A stretch of 63,799 bases of DNA, counting the filler, from Lenisia limosa (Eukaryota > Protista > Breviatea): assembly GCA_001655205.1 (NCBI GenBank). It is 13 parts of 13 records of this genome, joined end to end, with 100 filler letters (N's around TTAATTAATTAA, not from the genome) between each part and the next. Parts side by side here need not be neighbours in the genome. Positions count along the whole stretch, not along the records: positions 59,928 to 62,481 come from LPNZ01005350.1; positions 62,582 to 63,799 come from LPNZ01009609.1; 11 more parts are not named here. One strand, 5' to 3'. Positions 60,056 through 63,799 of this stretch are shown here, in pieces (position 1 is the stretch's first letter; every line of letters begins with the position of its first letter). The position numbers were made by a program, and so were the translations under genes. The notes under the pieces are model-generated. The model did no database searches. It was given only the letters and a program-made list of their open reading frames with translations, and was not told where the DNA came from.

Positions 60056-61530
60056 AGTTTTGATAAGTACATCAATGGCCTTCAGAGCTTCCACCCGCAC
60101 TGCCGCTTGGCTGTGGTGGTCAACTGCAGCTGCGAGGCAAGCTGGGAGAAGTAAGAATGGAAAAATTATTATTTCTTTGTTCCCCTAGATTTCGATTTCT
60201 AATGTTATTCTATTTCTCTTCAAAAAAACGGAGCGGGAACTGAAAGTGAAGCTTTAATGAATCTCCACTCACCGTCAAGTAAAGTATCAAGGCCAAGAGA
60301 AGGGAAGAGTTTCAACTGAGAGGTGAAAAAACAAAAAAAAAAAAAAAAANNNNNNNNNNNNNNNNNNNNNNNNNNNNNNNNNNNNNNNNNNNNNNNNNNN
60401 NNNNNNNNNNNNNNNNNNNNNNNNNNNNNNNNNNNNCACAAATCGCCGCTTACAAGAGAAGGGATAATTTTCAGGGCAGCAATACGAACGTCAAATGATT
60501 TGTGGGTGAGGTTGGGGGTCAGAACCTTGATGGCTTTTTCCGTGAACTTTCCAATCTACAATGTTACGGATTTATCACATTTGGTGTATTATTGTAATTA
60601 ATTTAACATTTAATATGATTACATCTCTCTAAAGCTCCTGGTTTATTGAGAATTTGGTGTACAATTTCAGTGAATATTTCGTACCCCCCCTCCCCACACA
60701 AACATATTAACACTCCATGAATATCCCCTCCCCCATACCATGACGTTGTTGTTATGGGCACTTTCAAGCATCACATCAACAAGCTTGCTGAAGGACGCAA
60801 GTACTTCAACTTTCACCTCAGAGACCCTCTCAGAAAATCTGAGGGGGGGAGGGGTGAATATGCAAAAGATAAAAAACAAAAATACTGCTTTAATAGTCAA
60901 TTAAAGCAGTATTTTTGTTTTTTATCTTTGACTCTGTTGGCCAAACATGCACCAGGATTGAAAACAACAAAACAAAAAAAGTCAAAAACGGGTGGGGGCT
61001 GGAGTAAATCTGCAAAGTATTATATGAATAAACATTCGAAAAAGGCACCAGAATTGTAAACAACAAATAAAAAAATACAAGGTACGGGGAGGGGGCGGGG
61101 GAGTAAACTGTAAAATAGAAACAATTGAAAATTTACTCTGATCCTGGGGATAAGATACAAATAAACGTGACCCCCCATTAATTTTACATTTAAATCCATT
61201 ATTTAACTTTATCCCCCCCCTTTACCTTGAAAGAAGGGCGGGGAAGTAGGTGTCAACCAGAGTCTCCAAATCCCTCGAGAACACCCTTAATTGTGAATAA
61301 GTGGTTGGGGAGTAAAATTGAAAAATTTATGCAACAAAATCAACTCTGTTGGCTGACGACAACACACGAGGTTTGTTAATAAAACAACAAACAAAGCCCA
61401 GGCCGCATCACAGGGAGGGGGGGGTAAACTGTAAATGTGTTTGGGTGTGTGTACGATTGGAAAATTTAGAAACAAAACAAAAAGCCAACATCAACGGTGG
61501 GATAATACTCTTCTTCACTTCGTCCACCTG
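60056..61530 (-). CDS. CAND1: CAND1/TIP120-like HEAT-repeat protein, internal fragment
   Basis: RFSERVSEVKVEVLASFSKLV resembles CAND1 RFKEREENVKADVF. It is followed by KAIKVLTPNLTHKSFDVRIAALKIIPSL and AAAVDHHSQAAVRVEALKAIDVLI in the expected order. Confidence 0.65.
61307..61403 (-). repeat. Family E intron 3'-end element (CAND1-like intron)
   Basis: gcctgggctttgtttgttg...aacctcgtgtgttg...gccaacagagttgattttgttgcataaatttttcaattttactcccc; the acceptor lies about 20 nt further on. Confidence 0.75.
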
Positions 61531-61941
61531 ATAATTTCCTCATGGCAGAAAACAAAAACGAGATAACCAAAATCTAGACAAAAAACCGGATGACAAAAAC
61601 ACTAAAACAGAAACAAGCCCGAATCGTGACCGTAATTTTATCCCCCCCCCCCCCNNNNNNNNNNNNNNNNNNNNNNNNNNNNNNNNNNNNNNNNNNNNNN
61701 NNNNNNNNNNNNNNNNNNNNNNNNNNNNNNNNNNNNNNNNNNNNNNNNNNNNNNNNNNNNNNNNNNNNNNNNNNNNNNNNNNNNNNNNNNNNNNNNNNNN
61801 NNNNNNNNNNNNNNNNNNNNNNNNNNNNNNNNNNNNNNNNNNNNNNNNNNNNNNNNNNNNNNNNNNNNNNNNNNNCAAATCAACTGAAAAATAGTGTAAA
61901 ATGGAGTTAGGGCGGTCATCCAATATAAATAAGTTTTTTGG

Positions 61942-62049
61942 CCTGACCTCCATGACCCCAAAGCGTGATTTTAGGCCAAGACCCCATGAAAAAAAAAAAG
62001 CGTGATTAAAAGCGTGATTTTAGGCCTCAGACCCCATGACCCCATGAAG
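61942..62049. repeat. Imperfect ~31-bp tandem/satellite-like repeat next to a gap
   Basis: AAAGCGTGATTTTAGGCC..AGACCCCATGA repeated 2-3 times with CCCCATGA subrepeats, running into Ns. Confidence 0.7.
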
Positions 62050-62863
62050 ANNNNNNNNNNNNNNNNNNNNNNNNNNNNNNNNNNNNNNNNNNNNNNNNNN
62101 NNNNNNNNNNNNNNNNNNNNNNNNNNNNNNNNNNNNNNNNNNNNNNNNNNNNNNNNNNNNNNNNNNNNNNNNNNNNNNNNNNNNNNNNNNNNNNNNNNNN
62201 NNNNNNNNNNNNNNNNNNNNNNNNNNNNNNNNNNNNNNNNNNNNNNNNNNNNNNNNNNNNNNNNNNNNNNNNNNNNNNNNNNNNNNNNNNNNNNNNNNNN
62301 NNNNNTCGTCCAACACAGAGGAAAATCAACAATTTCACGAATTTCTGTAAGTTAACAAGTTTATTGGAGAAAAATATTTTCTTGTGCCCAGTTGAAAATA
62401 CTGAACTTAATATTACTAGCTTTTTTGGAAAAAAAAGTCAAAATAATAAATATACTATATATATCTTACCCACTGACCCCCNNNNNNNNNNNNNNNNNNN
62501 NNNNNNNNNNNNNNNNNNNNNNNNNTTAATTAATTAANNNNNNNNNNNNNNNNNNNNNNNNNNNNNNNNNNNNNNNNNNNNATTCTCAAACTGGATTGAG
62601 ACTGTTAGTGGAGCTATTATAGTTAAGTAGTATGTCTCAATATACTATATTGTATCATATAGATGAGACATACATTATAGTATATAATATGTATGCATAG
62701 GATATTGGGGGGCACACGACCAATATGACTTTTCCAAATCAAGTTGGAATTTCTTTTTGAGGGAATACGACGTATCAAAGCACAAGATAAATAGCGATAT
62801 TCTGTTACTAGTTGAAATTCTCATTCTGACAAAAATGAAGTTTACAAATATCTCACACTTTAG

Positions 62864-63477
62864 CGCATCCTCTCTGAACCTCCCAACGTTGAAACTCTCC
62901 AAGGTCTGTCTGGTGCTTTTTTTTTTTATTGTGATAGTCCATCGAATGGTAAATAACTTAAAAGAATCATCTTCGCANNNNNNNNNNNNNNNNNNNNNNN
63001 NNNNNNNNNNNNNNNNNNNNNNNNNNNNNNNNNNNNNNNNNNNNNNNNNNNNNNNNNNNNNNNNNNNNNNNNNNNNNNNNNNNNNNNNNNNNNNNNNNNN
63101 NNNNNNNNNNNNNNNNNNNNNNNNNNNNNNNNNNNNNNNNNNNNNNNNNNNNNNNNNNGCGTTCATTACATTTCGTTCTCCGCCCACAGTGACTACATCC
63201 AAACATCGGAATTCCTTCAAGCCATCCATCCTGGTTATGTCGTATGTGGGATCAGTCAGGCTGCAGTTGCCTATGACCAGATTTAGAGTAGAATGAGTAA
63301 TCGCCTAGCATGATATCAATCCTACTTTGAACTGTAATAAAGTGTCCTATTTACCCCCCTCCCCTCTAGGTGCTTGTCCATGGAGAAAGGACCGAAATGC
63401 AGAGGTTGAAGCATGGCTTGGAGTACAAGTTCCGACATCGCCACACCTGTGTCGTATCGCCGGCCAATGGCGTTCTG
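62864..63477 (+). CDS. CPSF3: CPSF73/Ysh1 pre-mRNA 3'-end endonuclease (beta-CASP), internal fragment
   Basis: RILSEPPNVETLQ, then VHYISFSAHSDYIQTSEFLQAIHPGYV|VLVHGERTEMQRLK, matching CPSF73 YISFSAHTDYQQTSEFI..VILVHGEQNEMARLK. Confidence 0.9.
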
Positions 63478-63799
63478 GTTGGGACTTTCTCTTGCGGCTT
63501 TTTTCTGATTGCTTCCAATGCGTCGTCATAGTATACGCCTTGCCCTACGTTCCATGTGTTTTCCATTGTATTAGTCATATCATTGTATGAATTCATTACT
63601 ATGCTCTTTTTGGCTTTAATGACAATACCTAGACAATTTCCTTTAACCCCTAAGTTGTCAGCGAACAGAGTTGTTTGGGCCTTTTTTATTGTTTTGTTTC
63701 ATAAATTTTTCAATTTTCGCACAGCCTTCTTCATCCCCCCCCCCTCATTGGTTGTTCGTGTTTGTTATTGCTTGTTTTTGTTTTGTGTATATTCGGTTC

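Noticed and set aside
3333-62581. Regularly recurring TTAATTAATTAA palindrome as a biological site, and gene neighbourhoods across it
   Set aside because: It is always embedded in 44-N flanks, so it is a concatenation linker. Adjacency across linkers carries no biological meaning.
1049-63296. Long ORFs in the supplied track that contain X runs
   Set aside because: Their length comes from N gaps, which contain no stops. The real coding sequence is split into short exons.

Overview
This window is not one locus. It is 13 short scaffolds of an intron-rich unicellular eukaryote (protist) draft genome, joined by 12 artificial 100-nt linkers (44 N + TTAATTAATTAA + 44 N), with many internal N gaps, mostly next to poly-G/poly-C runs. 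Manual GT-AG splicing recovers fragments of conserved eukaryotic genes: cytosolic leucyl-tRNA synthetase, an RRM protein, an EGF/Cys-rich surface protein, a HELQ/POLQ-type helicase, a CCDC15-like centriolar protein, DDX47/Rrp3, an S1-domain protein, an LRR protein, TEX10/Ipi1, CAND1 and CPSF73. Several hypothetical coiled-coil and secreted proteins are also present. The most unusual observations are: (1) an intron-containing gene for a GxxExxY-like PD-(D/E)XK nuclease, with a kinase-subdomain-XI-like exon just upstream; (2) a family of homologous ~100-nt sequences forming the 3' end of introns in unrelated genes, always in sense orientation (Introner/SINE-like); (3) repeated micro-duplications of splice acceptors, including a possible poison decoy at the DEAD motif of DDX47; (4) about 22 copies of a hAT-type MITE with 8-bp TSDs, five Tc1-like MITEs (one nested), and a short intronic repeat with a UNCG hairpin. 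Gene calls rest on motif recognition from memory; no searches were run and exon boundaries are approximate. No rRNA, tRNA or CRISPR array was found.
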